Origin: Alphaproteobacteria bacterium
GTDB taxonomy: Bacteria > Pseudomonadota > Alphaproteobacteria > MPNO01 > UBA830
NCBI GenBank assembly: GCA_965243135.1
Contig: OZ251539.1
Span: forward strand, 3,072,001-3,136,000
Reading direction: 5' to 3'
Length of the DNA stretch: 64,000 nucleotides
Part shown: in pieces, positions 28,100 through 39,667 of the stretch
How positions within the stretch are numbered: position 1 is the first letter of the stretch
Layout: each line of letters starts with the position of its first letter
Notes under the pieces: generated by a model
The model's input: the letters and a program-made list of their open reading frames with translations, nothing else
The model's database searches: none
What the model was told of the DNA's origin: nothing
Translations under genes and position numbers: made by a program

Positions 28100-31000
28100 C
28101 TACTCCCCCGCCGCTCCGTATCCGCCGCCGCCCGGCGTTTCGATGACGTAGACGTCGCCCGGCGCCACCTCGACGCTGTCGGTGCCGCCCTGCTCCGTAA
28201 CCGAGCTGTCGGCGCGCTCGACATAGTTGCGTCCCGTCATTCCCGGCGCGCCCCCGTTCATCCCGTAAGGCGGGATTCTGCGGTGGCCCGACAATATCGA
28301 CGCCGTCATCGCTTCGCGAAAACGGATGCGGCGGATCACGCCGTCGCCGCCGCGGCGCCGGCCCGCGCCGCCGGAACCCCGCCGTATGGCGAACGACTCC
28401 AGGATGACCGGATACCGCCATTCGAGAATTTCCGGGTCGGTCAGCCGGGTGTTGGTCATGTGCGTGTGAACCGCGTCGGCTCCGTCGAAGTCCGCGCCTG
28501 CGCCTGCGCCGCCGCAAACGGTCTCGTAATACTGATACCGGGCGTTGCCGAACGTGAAGTTGTTCATCGTGCCCTGCGACGCGCCCATCAGGCCGAGCGC
28601 GCCAAGAATCGCGTCGGTGATCGCCTGCGACGTCTCGACGTTGCCGGCGACCACGGCGGCGGGATAACGGGGCCGCAGCATGCAGTCCTCCGGCACGACA
28701 ATGTCGAGCGGCTTGAGGCATCCGGAATTGAGCGGGATATCGGAATCCACGAGGAGGCGGAAACTGTAGAGCACGGCGGCGACCGCCACCGCGTGCGTGA
28801 TGTTGAAGTTGTTGTCCTGCTGCGGCGAAGTGCCGGTGAAATCGACGACGGCCGAACGGGTTTCCCGATGCACCGTCACCGCGACCCTGATCCTGGCTCC
28901 GAAATCCATCTCGTACTCGAACGCGCCGTCGGAGAGCCGGTCGATGACCCGCCTCACGCATTCTTCGGCGTTGTTCTGAACGTGCTTCATGTAGGCGAGG
29001 ACGACGTCGAGCCCGAAATGCGCCACCATCCGGCGCAGCTCCCGCACCCCTTTTTCGTTCGCCGCGATCTGCGCTTTCAGATCTCCGAGATTGTGATGGA
29101 AGTTGCGAGTCGGCCAGGGCGCGGTGGTGAAAAGCTCCTCCAACTCGCGCTCGCGAAGCCGCCCGCCGTCCACGAGCTGAAAATCGTCGATCAGCACGCC
29201 CTCTTCGTCGATATGGCGCGAATCGGGCGGCATCGATCCCGGAGTCTTGCCGCCGATTTCCGCGTGGTGGCCCCGCGAAGCGACATAGAAGAGAATCCGG
29301 TCCTCGCCCTCGTCGAAGACGGGCGTCATCACCGTCACGTCGGGCAGATGAGTGCCGCCGTTGTAGGGGGCGTTGAGAACGAAGACGTCGCCGCGCTTCA
29401 CCGTATCGCCGCGCTGGCGAATGATCGTCTTGACGCTCTCGCTCATGGAGCCGAGGTGGACCGGGATGTGCGGCGCGTTGGCCACGAGGTCTCCGTTCGG
29501 ATCGAAGACGGCGCAGGAAAAGTCCAGTCTCTCCTTGATGTTCACCGAGTACGACGTGTTCATCAGAACGACGCCCATCTGTTCGGCGATGGACATGAAC
29601 AGGTTGTTGAACACCTCGAGCATGACGGGATCCCAGCCTTCGCCGGAACCGCCGGCCGGAACCCCGGTCGGCATGCGCGCCTCGAACCGCCGCATCACCA
29701 GATGGTTGCGTTCCGTGATTTCGACGCGCCAGCCCGGGTCGACGACCGTGGTGGCGTTGTCGTCGACGACGATGGCGGGCCCCTCCACGGTCGTTCCGGG
29801 CGAAAGGGCGTCGCGGTCGAATACGGGCGCGGTCCGCATCTCGCCGGCCGCGTGCATGGCGACGAGGCCCAATGGTTCGGCGGCGGCCGCCGCCGCTTCC
29901 CCCGCAGGGTCCTCGTCCGCGGCGGAGCCGCCGCCGATCGCCTCGACCGTCACCGCCTCCACCACGTTCCTCTTTTCCGGCGCGACGAAACCGAACTGCC
30001 GCATGTGGGCGTCTTCGAACGCGGCGCGCATCTCGTCGGCCGCGCCGAGGTCGACGACCAGAGCGGTGTCCGCTCCCTCGTAACGAAGATGCGCCCTGGC
30101 GACGAACGCGATTTCGTCCGGCGGCACGCCCTGCGCTTCCATTTCCGCTCGGCCCGACGCGCCGAGTTCGCCGGAAATCGCCGCCAGTTCCGGTTCGAGC
30201 GCCGGTTCGAGAGCCTTTTCGACCGCGCGCTCCCGAATGAGCCTGTGCTCGGCGAGGCCCATGCCGTAGGCCGAGAGGACGCCGGCGAACGGATGGACGA
30301 AGACGGTCGTCATGCCGAGCGCGTCCGCGACGAGGCAGGCGTGCTGCCCGCCCGCGCCTCCGAAGCAGTTCAGGGCGTATTCGGTGACGTCGTAGCCGCG
30401 CTGCACCGAAATCCGCTTGATCGCGTTCGCCATGTTGTCGACCGCGATCCTGAGAAATCCCGCGGCGACCTCGACCGGAGGGCGCCTGTCGCCGGTCGCC
30501 GACGCGATTTCGGACGCCAGCTTCTCGAATTCGCCGCGCACCGCCCCGTCGTCGAGAGGCTGGTCGGCGCCGGGGCCGAATACCTTGGGAAAGAAGTCGG
30601 GCTGGATCCGGCCCAGCATGACGTTCGCGTCGGTGACGCAGAGCGGACCGCCGCGACGGTAACAGGCGGGGCCGGGGTCCGCGCCCGCCGACTCCGGGCC
30701 GACGCGGTAGCGCGCGCCGTCGAAACGCAGAATGGACCCTCCGCCCGCGGCGACGGTGTGAATGTTCATCATCGGGGCCCGCATGCGGACTCCGGCGACG
30801 AGGGTTTCGAAGGCGCGTTCGTACTCCCCGTCGTAATGAGCGACGTCGGTCGAGGTGCCGCCCATGTCGAAACTGATGATCTTGCCGAACCCCGCCGCCG
30901 CGGCCGCGCGCGCGGCTCCGACGATGCCGCCGGCCGGGCCGGAAAGGATGGAATCCTTGCCCCGGAAAACCCGCGCGTCCGCCAGTCCGCCGTTGGACTG

Positions 31001-31729
31001 CATGAACATCAGCCGCGCGTCGCCGACGCTCGCGGCGATCATATCCACGTACCGCCGCAGAATCGGCGACACATAGGCGTCGACGACGGTCGTGTCTCCC
31101 CGGCCGACGAATTTCATGAGCGGGCTGACCTCGTGGGACACCGAAATCTGCGCGAATCCAATATCGCAGGCGATTTCGGCAACGATCTTCTCGTGATCGC
31201 GATGCCGGTAGCCGTGCATGAAGACGATGGCGACCGAGCCGACGCCGTCATCGCGGACAGCCTGCAGAGCACGGCGGGCCGCCTCCCGATCGACCGGAAT
31301 CAGCACTTCGCCTTCGGCGGAAACGCGCTCGTCGATCTCGACCGTCCTCTCGTACAGGAGCTCCGGCAGTTCGATCCGGCGAGCGAAGATGTCCGGCCTG
31401 TTCTGGTATCCGATGCGAAGTTGATCGGCGAAGCCCCGGGTGACGACCAACGCGACGCGCTCGCCCTTGCGTTCGAGCAACGCGTTGGTGGCTACGGTCG
31501 TGCCCATCTTGACGGCGTCCACGGCGCCGTCCGGCAGGGGGGCGTCGGCGGCGAGGCCGAGGGTCTCCCGAATGCCCTGCACCGCGGCGTCAGCATAGCG
31601 TCCAGGGTTTTCCGAAAGCAGCTTGCGGGCGAGCAGCTTGCCGTCCGGGTCGCGGATCACGAAGTCCGTGAAGGTGCCTCCCCGATCAATCCAGAATTGC
31701 CAGCCCGCTCGTTTCCGAACGTCGGTCAT
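28100..31729 (-). CDS. ATP-dependent 5-oxoprolinase / hydantoinase A+B fusion
   Basis: [66 protein letters not shown]. Confidence 0.95.
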   Translation of the reverse strand: MTDVRKRAGWQFWIDRGGTFTDFVIRDPDGKLLARKLLSENPGRYADAAVQGIRETLGLAADAPLPDGAVDAVKMGTTVATNALLERKGERVALVVTRGFADQLRIGYQNRPDIFARRIELPELLYERTVEIDERVSAEGEVLIPVDREAARRALQAVRDDGVGSVAIVFMHGYRHRDHEKIVAEIACDIGFAQISVSHEVSPLMKFVGRGDTTVVDAYVSPILRRYVDMIAASVGDARLMFMQSNGGLADARVFRGKDSILSGPAGGIVGAARAAAAAGFGKIISFDMGGTSTDVAHYDGEYERAFETLVAGVRMRAPMMNIHTVAAGGGSILRFDGARYRVGPESAGADPGPACYRRGGPLCVTDANVMLGRIQPDFFPKVFGPGADQPLDDGAVRGEFEKLASEIASATGDRRPPVEVAAGFLRIAVDNMANAIKRISVQRGYDVTEYALNCFGGAGGQHACLVADALGMTTVFVHPFAGVLSAYGMGLAEHRLIRERAVEKALEPALEPELAAISGELGASGRAEMEAQGVPPDEIAFVARAHLRYEGADTALVVDLGAADEMRAAFEDAHMRQFGFVAPEKRNVVEAVTVEAIGGGSAADEDPAGEAAAAAAEPLGLVAMHAAGEMRTAPVFDRDALSPGTTVEGPAIVVDDNATTVVDPGWRVEITERNHLVMRRFEARMPTGVPAGGSGEGWDPVMLEVFNNLFMSIAEQMGVVLMNTSYSVNIKERLDFSCAVFDPNGDLVANAPHIPVHLGSMSESVKTIIRQRGDTVKRGDVFVLNAPYNGGTHLPDVTVMTPVFDEGEDRILFYVASRGHHAEIGGKTPGSMPPDSRHIDEEGVLIDDFQLVDGGRLRERELEELFTTAPWPTRNFHHNLGDLKAQIAANEKGVRELRRMVAHFGLDVVLAYMKHVQNNAEECVRRVIDRLSDGAFEYEMDFGARIRVAVTVHRETRSAVVDFTGTSPQQDNNFNITHAVAVAAVLYSFRLLVDSDIPLNSGCLKPLDIVVPEDCMLRPRYPAAVVAGNVETSQAITDAILGALGLMGASQGTMNNFTFGNARYQYYETVCGGAGAGADFDGADAVHTHMTNTRLTDPEILEWRYPVILESFAIRRGSGGAGRRRGGDGVIRRIRFREAMTASILSGHRRIPPYGMNGGAPGMTGRNYVERADSSVTEQGGTDSVEVAPGDVYVIETPGGGGYGAAGE

Positions 31730-32476
31730 CGTGGCCTCCCGTGACGGCGCTCACCGAGGACGAGGCTTCGCCGCGCGGCGCCTTGCGTCGTCGCGACCTC
31801 GGCCCCCGCCCTCCGCGAGCTTCGGGCGCCTGGCCGCGCCTCCTGATTTCCGAACGAACGGCGGAAACCGTCCGAAGCGATGTCCGCTTGGTGAACTTGC
31901 CGTCGCGCCGCGCAGAAATCCCTGCACCCGAGGCACCCGAGGCACGACTATACACGACCATACACCCCGATTCACGGTGCGCATAGCCTCAAGGGGCCCG
32001 CGTTCCGGTTTCGGACGTCGCCGACAGGAACGGCTCCCAACCGCCGAGGCCGCTCCGGCGCTTCGACTCGCCAGCCAACCCGTCCCCGCGACTGTCGCTC
32101 GTCAAGCTTCGGAGTCGATAGGGGGTTACGCACCTCCGCCCAGCGTTGTTCGATAACGCGAAGAACAACGCGGTTCCACGAAGGAAAATCGAGAATCGAT
32201 TGGTTGTGGAAGATTTCTGCGGAGGCGCTGCAGCTCGCCGACATCGGTGCAGACATGACGCGAATCGAGGCAAAGGCAGCGTTCGCGCTCCGCAATTTTC
32301 CCGTCGACCGGTCGGCGGCAGCGCAAATTCCCGCGCCGTCCCGTTGCGGCGCAGGGGGAAGTCCGGGCAGCTTCCCGAGACCGCGCCCCGAAACCCCGAA
32401 GCGCGGCCACCGGCAGCCGCGAGAGGGCTGGTCAACGAACCTTGTTGCCGAAGCGGGGCGGCCTCGGCCTCGCCCG

Positions 32477-32764
32477 CTATTCCGCCGCCTCGGCCGGCGG
32501 CTCCTTCCGGTGCTCCACGAAAGTCTCGAGCAGGTCGAACTTGCCCTCGACGCGCGCCACGCGCTCGCTCAACTCCCGGAATTGCTCGCTCAACTCCCGG
32601 AATCGCTCGTTCATCTGGTCGGTCAACTGCCGATCCCGCTCGTCCATGCGCAGGGCAAGGGCGTCGATCCGGCGGTCGAGCCGACGGCCCTGCTGAAGAA
32701 CCAGCCCGATAATCGCAATGCCGACGCCAAGCATGGTGATGATTTCGGGGGAAAACTCTTCCAT
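32477..32764 (-). CDS. Small TM plus coiled-coil protein, paralogue C (95 aa)
   Basis: Homologous to 7959-8321; GGAGG RBS. Confidence 0.85.
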   Translation of the reverse strand: MEEFSPEIITMLGVGIAIIGLVLQQGRRLDRRIDALALRMDERDRQLTDQMNERFRELSEQFRELSERVARVEGKFDLLETFVEHRKEPPAEAAE

Positions 32765-32999
32765 GAACTGCCTCCGTCGAGAAGTTGAACGTATGCCAAA
32801 CGTTCGCGCCGCGCAACCTTCCTGGCGGCTGTCCGTCCATGTCGGAGGCGGCGTGAAGTCCCGCGCCGTCCCGTTGCGGCGCCGGGGGAAGTCCGGGCAG
32901 CTTCCCGAGACCGCGCCCCGAAACCCCGAAGCGCGGCCGCCGCGAGAGGGCTGGTCAACGAACCTTGTTGCCGAAGCGGGGCGGCCTCGGCCTCGCCCG

Positions 33000-33266
33000 C
33001 TATTCCGCCGCCTCGGCCGGCGGCTCCTTCCGGTGCTCCACGAAAGTCTCGAGCAGGTCGAACTTGCCCTCGACGCGCGCCACGCGCTCGCTCAACTCCC
33101 GGAATTGCTCGTTCATCTGGTCGGTCAGATGCCGGTACTGCTCGTCCATGCGCAGGGCAAGAGCGTCGATCCGGCGGTCGAGCCGACGGCCCTGCTGAAG
33201 AACCAGCCCGATAATCGCAATGCCGACGCCAAGCATGGTAATGATTTCGGGGGAGAACTGTTCCAT
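33000..33266 (-). CDS. Small TM plus coiled-coil protein, paralogue D (88 aa)
   Basis: Homologous to paralogue C, one heptad shorter; GGAGG RBS. Confidence 0.85.
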   Translation of the reverse strand: MEQFSPEIITMLGVGIAIIGLVLQQGRRLDRRIDALALRMDEQYRHLTDQMNEQFRELSERVARVEGKFDLLETFVEHRKEPPAEAAE

Positions 33267-33594
33267 GAACTGCCTCCGTCGAGAAACTGAACGTACGCCA
33301 AACGTTCGCGCCGCGCAACCTTCCTGGCGGCTGTCCGTCCATGTCGGAGGCGGCGCGAAGTCCCGCGCCGGCCCGTTGCGGCGCCGGGGGAAGTCCGGGC
33401 AGCTTCCCGAGACCGCGCCCCGAAACCCCGAAGCGCGGCCGCCGGCAGCCGCGAGAGGGCTGGTCAACGAACCTTGTTGCCGAAGCGGGACGGCCTCGCG
33501 ACGCCTCGACCGCTGGTCAACCCACACCGATACTTCCCTCACGACAAAGGTTGCCGGCCGTCCGCGCTTCAGGATTGAAGATGGGCGAGCTCTC

Positions 33595-35298
33595 TTACGC
33601 GAAATCCGATCTCCATATCAGTATCGCTCGCTCGGCCAGCCTCGTCTGGCGTTCGCGAACGAGTTCCGGACTCCACCGCTCGGGCGCCATAACCGGGATC
33701 TGCCGCGCAAGCGCGTAACCGCTGTCGCCGTACGCATTGCGCTTTTCGGAGTATGATCCGTTGCCGATTTCGCGATTGGCGGGCGACTCGAGAAGCGTCA
33801 GATTGCCGAGACGATATATTCCGCTCTCCCAATGTTCGCTCGGATAAGTCTCGCGCCAAACGTCCGCGGGATTTTCGGGGAGAACGTGCTCGATCGTGCC
33901 GGGATCGGTGCTCGGATCGCAGGCGCCGCCGCGGGCGTTCTCCTCGAGTTTCGCGAGAACGTATTTCGCCAGCTTCCTGCGACGCTTCGTGTCGATTTCG
34001 AGCAAGGCGAAATCTTGCGCCATCTTGTCGTCGGGAACGTAAATCGGCCTGACGATATGGAATACCTCCGCCGGCGTGGAAATCCGCCCGTCCAGGATCG
34101 CCTTTGCGGCGCGATGATAAACCGTTTCAAGCGCGTTCGCGTTGAGGCAGCTCACGATCATGTAGCGAAACGAAATCGCCGATATCAGCTTGAGAACCCG
34201 GACGAACTCATTCTCCGGAAACTTTTCTCGCGCCGCGAACAGCAGCGGAATCTGCTGTCGCGCTCCAAAAAGATCGAGATCGCGGACGTAGGATCCGGCG
34301 TCTGGGTGCAGATCCAACCAATAGTGGTGATTCGGGTCGTGGACCGCGGCGAACAGCTCGCCCCTCGCCTCCAGCGCATCCAGAAGAGCGAACGCGTCGT
34401 CCGCCGTCCTCGTTCTCTCGCGCACAAGCCTGAAAAGCCGCTGCTTGCGGATTTTCGCTTCCGAACACAGAAGATGATATCGTAAAAAATCCGGAAATCG
34501 CGTCGCTTCGACCGTGCCTACGAGCCCCCGCCACCGGCGATGAAGGTATTCCAGATCGGGGCCGGACCTCACCAAGGAGAAAAGATAATTCTTGAGCAAA
34601 TCCGTGGTCGTCAATCCGATCCCGCGCGCATTCAGCGTTTCAAAAACTACGTAAGCGTTCAGCTCGTCATCGACCGTGATCAGGATGAAGAACAACTGGC
34701 GGGCTACCGCCTCGGATAGCAATCTTGCAGTCGCAGCGCCGTCGTTCCGCAATTCGTCCGCCTCTTCGATTTTGCGACAAAAGTACTCGTAGCATTTCAG
34801 GAGAAGCCGATTCGACTTCGAAAGCCCCCGTAAGCTCCTTGGCGGCCGCTGCTGAATCAGGTTGTCCTGAAAGAAATCGTTGTCCGCATGATTCAGGTGG
34901 AGACGGCTGCTCTCGACCAGAGACGCAGGATCCTTGTCCCCGACGAAGCGACCGCGAAGTTCCCGAGCGCGCTCGGCATTCTCGTCGGGATCGATATCGC
35001 CGTCCGCCAGAACCGACAGCCTGCGTATCACGGCGAGCGCGAGCAGACTCAGGGTGGCGAGGCGTTGCTGTCCGTCGATGATCGAAAATTCGCGATCGTT
35101 TTCGTTCTCGACGACCAAGGCGCCCAAATAATGTTGTTTTTTTCGATCCGAATGCAATTCGCGGACGTCGACCCAAAGATCTTCCCATTGTTCTTCCGAC
35201 CACGAGTAGTCGCGCTGATAGGTCGGGACCCGGTACAGTTTTCCATTGCCGATCAATTCCATGTAGTTGATCGTCCGCGCGTTCAGAAGATTCGCCAT
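33595..35298 (-). CDS. GmrSD-type (DUF262 + DUF1524) type IV restriction endonuclease
   Basis: VPTYQRDYSW, IIDGQQRLAT, FETLNARG, TIEHVLPE, LGNLTLL..N. Confidence 0.9.
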   Translation of the reverse strand: MANLLNARTINYMELIGNGKLYRVPTYQRDYSWSEEQWEDLWVDVRELHSDRKKQHYLGALVVENENDREFSIIDGQQRLATLSLLALAVIRRLSVLADGDIDPDENAERARELRGRFVGDKDPASLVESSRLHLNHADNDFFQDNLIQQRPPRSLRGLSKSNRLLLKCYEYFCRKIEEADELRNDGAATARLLSEAVARQLFFILITVDDELNAYVVFETLNARGIGLTTTDLLKNYLFSLVRSGPDLEYLHRRWRGLVGTVEATRFPDFLRYHLLCSEAKIRKQRLFRLVRERTRTADDAFALLDALEARGELFAAVHDPNHHYWLDLHPDAGSYVRDLDLFGARQQIPLLFAAREKFPENEFVRVLKLISAISFRYMIVSCLNANALETVYHRAAKAILDGRISTPAEVFHIVRPIYVPDDKMAQDFALLEIDTKRRRKLAKYVLAKLEENARGGACDPSTDPGTIEHVLPENPADVWRETYPSEHWESGIYRLGNLTLLESPANREIGNGSYSEKRNAYGDSGYALARQIPVMAPERWSPELVRERQTRLAERAILIWRSDFA

Positions 35299-35804
35299 CG
35301 CCCGGCCCCGGCCATCGTATGGAACTCAGCGTATCAAACGCTGCGGGGCAGGTCAGCCGCGTCTCCTTGCGGAAAAGAGCGATGCCCGCGCAGGGCGGCC
35401 CGACAGCTTGCCGCGCACAGACGCCTCGCCATCGGCATTCGCCCCGCTCCGCTGGCGGAGCGCCATGCGGCGTCGACCTCCGGCGCGCCGGCGATTCCGA
35501 GAGCCGGCTGACGAACCGGCCCCGGTCAGCGCGACATCGCGCCGCCGCGCACCTTCTTGCTTCCGCGCTCCGAGGGACATGACCCCCGGCAACGACCCGC
35601 CTCGCGGCGTTGCGCGCGGTTCGCCGCGACCCGCTTCGCGGACCGGCCGACGCGTTCCTCGGAAGCGCGAAGCGGCTTCCGTCGCAGGCCGGCGCCGCGG
35701 CCGGGAGGCCGCGGCGCATCGCTCGAAAACCCTTGAAGCCCGCGGCTTTCGCGCCGCCGCCGAAACGGTATAGTATCTCCTGGAATATTCACCGGGAGGA
35801 AACC

Positions 35805-36875
35805 ATGTCCCATTTCCGCAAGTTCATCGCAAGCTTGGTCTCGGCGTTCGCGCTCGGCGCGTTGGCGCTGCCCGCGCAGGCCGGCTTCTACGACGGCAAG
35901 GACGTGAACGTTATCGTCAACGCCGGCGCCGGGGGCGGCCTTACGCGGACCGCTCGCCTGTTCATGGCCACGATGAAGAAACATCTCGGCGCCAACTTCG
36001 TCATCAAGAACATTCCCGGCGGCGGCGGCGTCAAGGGACTGAATTTCCTCGCCGAGAAAGCCAAGCCGGACGGGCTTACCGTGCTATGGGGCCCTGCGAA
36101 TCAGGCGGCCAAACTGCTGGACCTTCCCGGCACCCGCTACGATCCCAAAAAACTTGTCATCATCGGAGCCGGCGCGAATGGTTACGTAACGATCGTGAGC
36201 GCCAAGGCCGGCGTCAAGAACCCGGCCGACCTCCTCAAGGTCAAGCGGCTGATCGTCGGCGGCCGCAGCACCACCGACGGCCTCGGCATGTTTGCCCGGA
36301 TGCCCCTCGACGTCCTTGGCGTCGGATATCGCTACGTCCCTGGCTATAATTCGCAGCCGAAGATGAACGCCGCCATTCGCGCCCGGGAAATCCAGGCGCT
36401 GACCACCGGCCATCCGGGCTACATCGCCTTCTACAAGGACACGATCCTCAAGTCGGGCGAGGCGGTGGCGGTCTATTATCATTCGCCGATGGGTCCGACG
36501 GGCGAACCCCAGCGCCTTCCCTATTACCCGGCGGATTTGATGCACTTCGTCGACTTTTACCGCAGCGTCCACGGCGGCAAGGATCCTTCGGGGCCTATGT
36601 GGGAAGCGTACAAATGGTTTTCGACCTACCAGACGCGCCCGTTCGGACTTTACGCTCCTGACAAAACCCCTGCGGACAGGACCGCCGAACTGCGCGCGGC
36701 CTTCGCGGAGACGATCGCCGACAAGGGCTTCGTGGCCGAATACGAAAAGAAACTCAAGTCGCCGCCCAATTTCGTCGTGGGCAAGGAAGCGGAATATCTC
36801 CTGACCAACTACGATGTCATTTCTCCGCAGGCGCGGGAAGGCCTGAAGAAGTTGACGGCGCGCAAGCGGAACTGA
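35805..36875 (+). CDS. Tripartite tricarboxylate transporter substrate-binding protein (TctC/Bug-like)
   Basis: Signal peptide, IVNAGAGGG, KNIPGGGG..GLN, KPDGLT, VPGY; GGAGG RBS. Confidence 0.85.
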   Translation: MSHFRKFIASLVSAFALGALALPAQAGFYDGKDVNVIVNAGAGGGLTRTARLFMATMKKHLGANFVIKNIPGGGGVKGLNFLAEKAKPDGLTVLWGPANQAAKLLDLPGTRYDPKKLVIIGAGANGYVTIVSAKAGVKNPADLLKVKRLIVGGRSTTDGLGMFARMPLDVLGVGYRYVPGYNSQPKMNAAIRAREIQALTTGHPGYIAFYKDTILKSGEAVAVYYHSPMGPTGEPQRLPYYPADLMHFVDFYRSVHGGKDPSGPMWEAYKWFSTYQTRPFGLYAPDKTPADRTAELRAAFAETIADKGFVAEYEKKLKSPPNFVVGKEAEYLLTNYDVISPQAREGLKKLTARKRN

Positions 36876-36896
36876 CGCCCGCCGCCTGCCGCGGGC

Positions 36897-38900
36897 ATGC
36901 TCGACTCGCTTGTCGCGGGACTGCTGCTGGTTTTCGATTGGCCCGCGATCGGTTACCTGCTGCTCGGCGTTTCGATAGGGATCTGGTTCGGCGCGGTGCC
37001 GGGCCTGGGCGGCGTGATCGGGTTGATCCTGCTGTTGCCGTTCACCTACGAGATGGAGCCGGTTCATGCCTTCGCGCTGCTGCTCGGCATGTTCGCGGTC
37101 ACCTCGACGAGCGACACGATCGCGTCGGTGATGCTGGGCATCCCCGGCACCGCCGCATCCCAGGCGACCATCCTGGACGGACATCCGCTGGCTCGTCAGG
37201 GGCAGGCCTCGCGCGCGTTCGGCGCCGCTTTCACGGTCTCCGCGTTCGGCGGGGTGTTCGGCGCGGCGATTCTGGCGATCTCGCTGCCGGTCATCCTCCC
37301 CGTCATCTTCGCGTTCGGCTCGCCGGAACTCTTCACGCTGGGCCTGCTCGGGCTGACGATGGTGGGCGTGCTCAGCGGCGGCTCGATGCTCAAGGGCCTG
37401 ACGGTCGCTTTGCTCGGCATCCTGCTCTCGACGGTCGGCTACGCCGATTCCGACCCCATACCGAGGTATTATTTCGGCACGGACTACCTGATCGACCGCC
37501 TCCCCCTGATTCCGGTGGTCCTCGGCTTGTTCGCCATTCCCGAACTGGCGGAACTCGCGATTCGCAACGTCTCGATCTCGCGCGCGCCGCGGGCGGACGC
37601 GGGGAGCCTGGCGACTGGCGTTCGAGACGCGTTCAGGCACTGGTGGCTGGCGACTCGCTGCGCCGCGATCGGGACCTATATCGGCATGCTTCCCGGCCTC
37701 GGCGCGGCGATCGTCGACTGGATCGCATACGGCCACGCGGTGCAAAGCGCGCGCGACAAGAGCCGCTTCGGACACGGCGACATCCGCGGCGTGATCGCGC
37801 CGGAAGCCGCGAACAACGCGACGCGCGGCGGCTCGCTCATTCCGACCGTCGTGTTCGGGATTCCCGGAAGTCTGGGAACCGCCATCCTGCTGAGCGTACT
37901 GCTGATCGTCGGACTCAAGCCCGGCCCGGACATGCTGACAACGGAACTGCACGTCACGTTCAGCATGGTCTGGACGCTGGTTATCGCCAACGTCGCGGCG
38001 GCGGCCCTGCTCATGATGTGGAGCCGACATGTCGCGAAAGTGGCTTTCCTCCCGGGTCACTTGGTCGTTCCCGGCGTGATCCTGTTCGTCTTCATGGGCG
38101 CATGGCTCGCCGGCGTCTCGCCGGGCGACTGGATCAGCTGCCTGATCATGGGCGCCGTCGGCCTCGCGATGAAGCGCGGCGGCTGGCCGCGTCCGCCGCT
38201 CATCCTGGCGTTGGTCCTTGGCGGAATCATGGAAACGCGCTTTCAGATCAGCATGGTCGCCCATGACGGACTCGGATGGTTGCAGCGCCCGATCGTCCTC
38301 GTCGTGCTGGCGCTTGTCGCGCTTTCGCTTCTGTACGCCGTGCGGCAGTCGGCCGTCCGACCGCAAGGAACGCCTGAAGGGGGAGACGAGCGCAGTCCGT
38401 TGCTGTCCTTGCCCTTCGCCGTCGTTCTGTTCGCGGTCTTCGCCTGGGCCGCGCTGGAAGCGCTGAAGTGGCCGGAAGACGTGCGGCGGTTTCCGCTGAC
38501 GGCCGCGATTCCGGGCGCGGCGATGGCCTTGTGGATAATCCTGCTCGACGGACGCGCCGTCCGGAGGGCCGTCTCCGCCGCCGGTTCTCTCGCCGCCGCT
38601 TTCCGCGAGGCGGCCGAGCAGGCCTTCCTTGCGCGCGCCCTCGGCTTTCTCGGTTACCTCCTGGCGATGCTGATCGTCATGCCGGTCATCGGCCAGAAAC
38701 TCGTCTTGCCCCTGTTCATATTCGTCTACCTGATCCGTTGGGGACGCTACGACTGGCGCGCCGCGGCGGGCTACGCCTTCGCCGGCTGGCTGGCGCTGGT
38801 CGGATTCTACGACCGGATCATCCAGCTTCAGTGGTATCCGTCATGGCTGTACTATCAGTTGCCCGACGCGTCGTGGCTGCCTCGCTGGCTGATCGTCTGA
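36897..38900 (+). CDS. TctA permease with fused C-terminal TctB-like domain
   Basis: GAVPGLGG, GIPGTAAS.AT..DG, APEAANNA, GIPGS; about 170 extra aa with four TM segments (FPL motif). Confidence 0.88.
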   Translation: MLDSLVAGLLLVFDWPAIGYLLLGVSIGIWFGAVPGLGGVIGLILLLPFTYEMEPVHAFALLLGMFAVTSTSDTIASVMLGIPGTAASQATILDGHPLARQGQASRAFGAAFTVSAFGGVFGAAILAISLPVILPVIFAFGSPELFTLGLLGLTMVGVLSGGSMLKGLTVALLGILLSTVGYADSDPIPRYYFGTDYLIDRLPLIPVVLGLFAIPELAELAIRNVSISRAPRADAGSLATGVRDAFRHWWLATRCAAIGTYIGMLPGLGAAIVDWIAYGHAVQSARDKSRFGHGDIRGVIAPEAANNATRGGSLIPTVVFGIPGSLGTAILLSVLLIVGLKPGPDMLTTELHVTFSMVWTLVIANVAAAALLMMWSRHVAKVAFLPGHLVVPGVILFVFMGAWLAGVSPGDWISCLIMGAVGLAMKRGGWPRPPLILALVLGGIMETRFQISMVAHDGLGWLQRPIVLVVLALVALSLLYAVRQSAVRPQGTPEGGDERSPLLSLPFAVVLFAVFAWAALEALKWPEDVRRFPLTAAIPGAAMALWIILLDGRAVRRAVSAAGSLAAAFREAAEQAFLARALGFLGYLLAMLIVMPVIGQKLVLPLFIFVYLIRWGRYDWRAAAGYAFAGWLALVGFYDRIIQLQWYPSWLYYQLPDASWLPRWLIV

Positions 38901-39050
38901 AGCAGCGCGCTCCCTGCCGACGGACGCTTGCTTTCCTCATGCCGCTTGCCCGGCTCGTTTCGCGACATGCCGCGTCTGCGGCGAGCGTCGAAGTCCGCCG
39001 CGCCTCCGAAAGGGCTTGACCGGCGCGGTCGCGCGCGCCATTTCCCGATC

Positions 39051-39448
39051 GTCAGACGGTCGGATGGCCGCTCTCCGCATACGGGAAACCTGCCGGAGAG
39101 AGGAAAGTCCGGGCTCCACGGGAACACGATGCCGGGTAACGCCCGGCGGGGGCGACCCCAGGGAAAGTGCCACAGAAAGCAAACCGCCGGCTCCGGTTTC
39201 CCTGAAAGCGCAGCGGGCAAGGGTGAAAGGGTGCGGTAAGGGCGCACCGCGCCGCCGGTGACGGCGGCGGCACGGCAAACCCCATCGGGAGCAAGACCGA
39301 GTAGAGGCGGCGAGCGGGCCCAGGTCCGCAGGCGGGTTCCCGCGCCGCCGCCCGGGTAGGTCGCGCGAGGCGTTCGGCGACGGGCGTCCCAGATGAATGG
39401 CCATCGTCCGCTCGGCGGGCACAGAACCCGGCTTACAGACCGTCTGAC
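39051..39448 (+). ncRNA. rnpB: RNase P RNA, class A
   Basis: GAGGAAAGTCCGGGCTC, GGAAAGTGCCACAGAAA, GGTAAGGGCGCAC, ACAGAACCCGGCTTA; P1 ends gtcagacggtc / gaccgtctgac; TTGACC -35 upstream. Confidence 0.97.
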
Positions 39449-39667
39449 GATTTTCCTTCGCCGCCGCGTTCGGCAACGGGCAAGATCCGCGGGACCGCCA
39501 GCGCGCCGGTCGCCGCTATCGACCGCGCGCGGCGACGGTTCGCGGAGAGAATCCCCAACGGCCGTCGATCTCCCGCCCGTCGCCGGGACGCCAGCCTTCG
39601 GCCGCGCTTTCGGCCGGCGCTTTTCCGCGCCCGTCGGACATCGAAGGCGAAATCGCGGCGCCCGCCC

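Larger units (their letters stand above)
32329..33493 (-). repeat. About 500-bp tandem duplication unit (about 2.3 copies) containing the small coiled-coil gene
   Basis: A near-identical block beginning tcccgcgccg..cccgttgcggcgc..ggggaagtccgggcagcttcccgagacc recurs at about 32329, 32859 and 33361. Confidence 0.9.

Noticed and set aside
32329-33493. Possible CRISPR or integron attC array
   Set aside because: The units are ~500-bp gene-containing duplications with homologous rather than unique spacers; no cas or intI genes and no clear attC boxes.
35320-35760. Long GC-rich intergenic region as a possible riboswitch or ncRNA (also 39450-39660 and 45560-45850)
   Set aside because: No recognisable conserved RNA motif, and hairpins are expected at this GC content.
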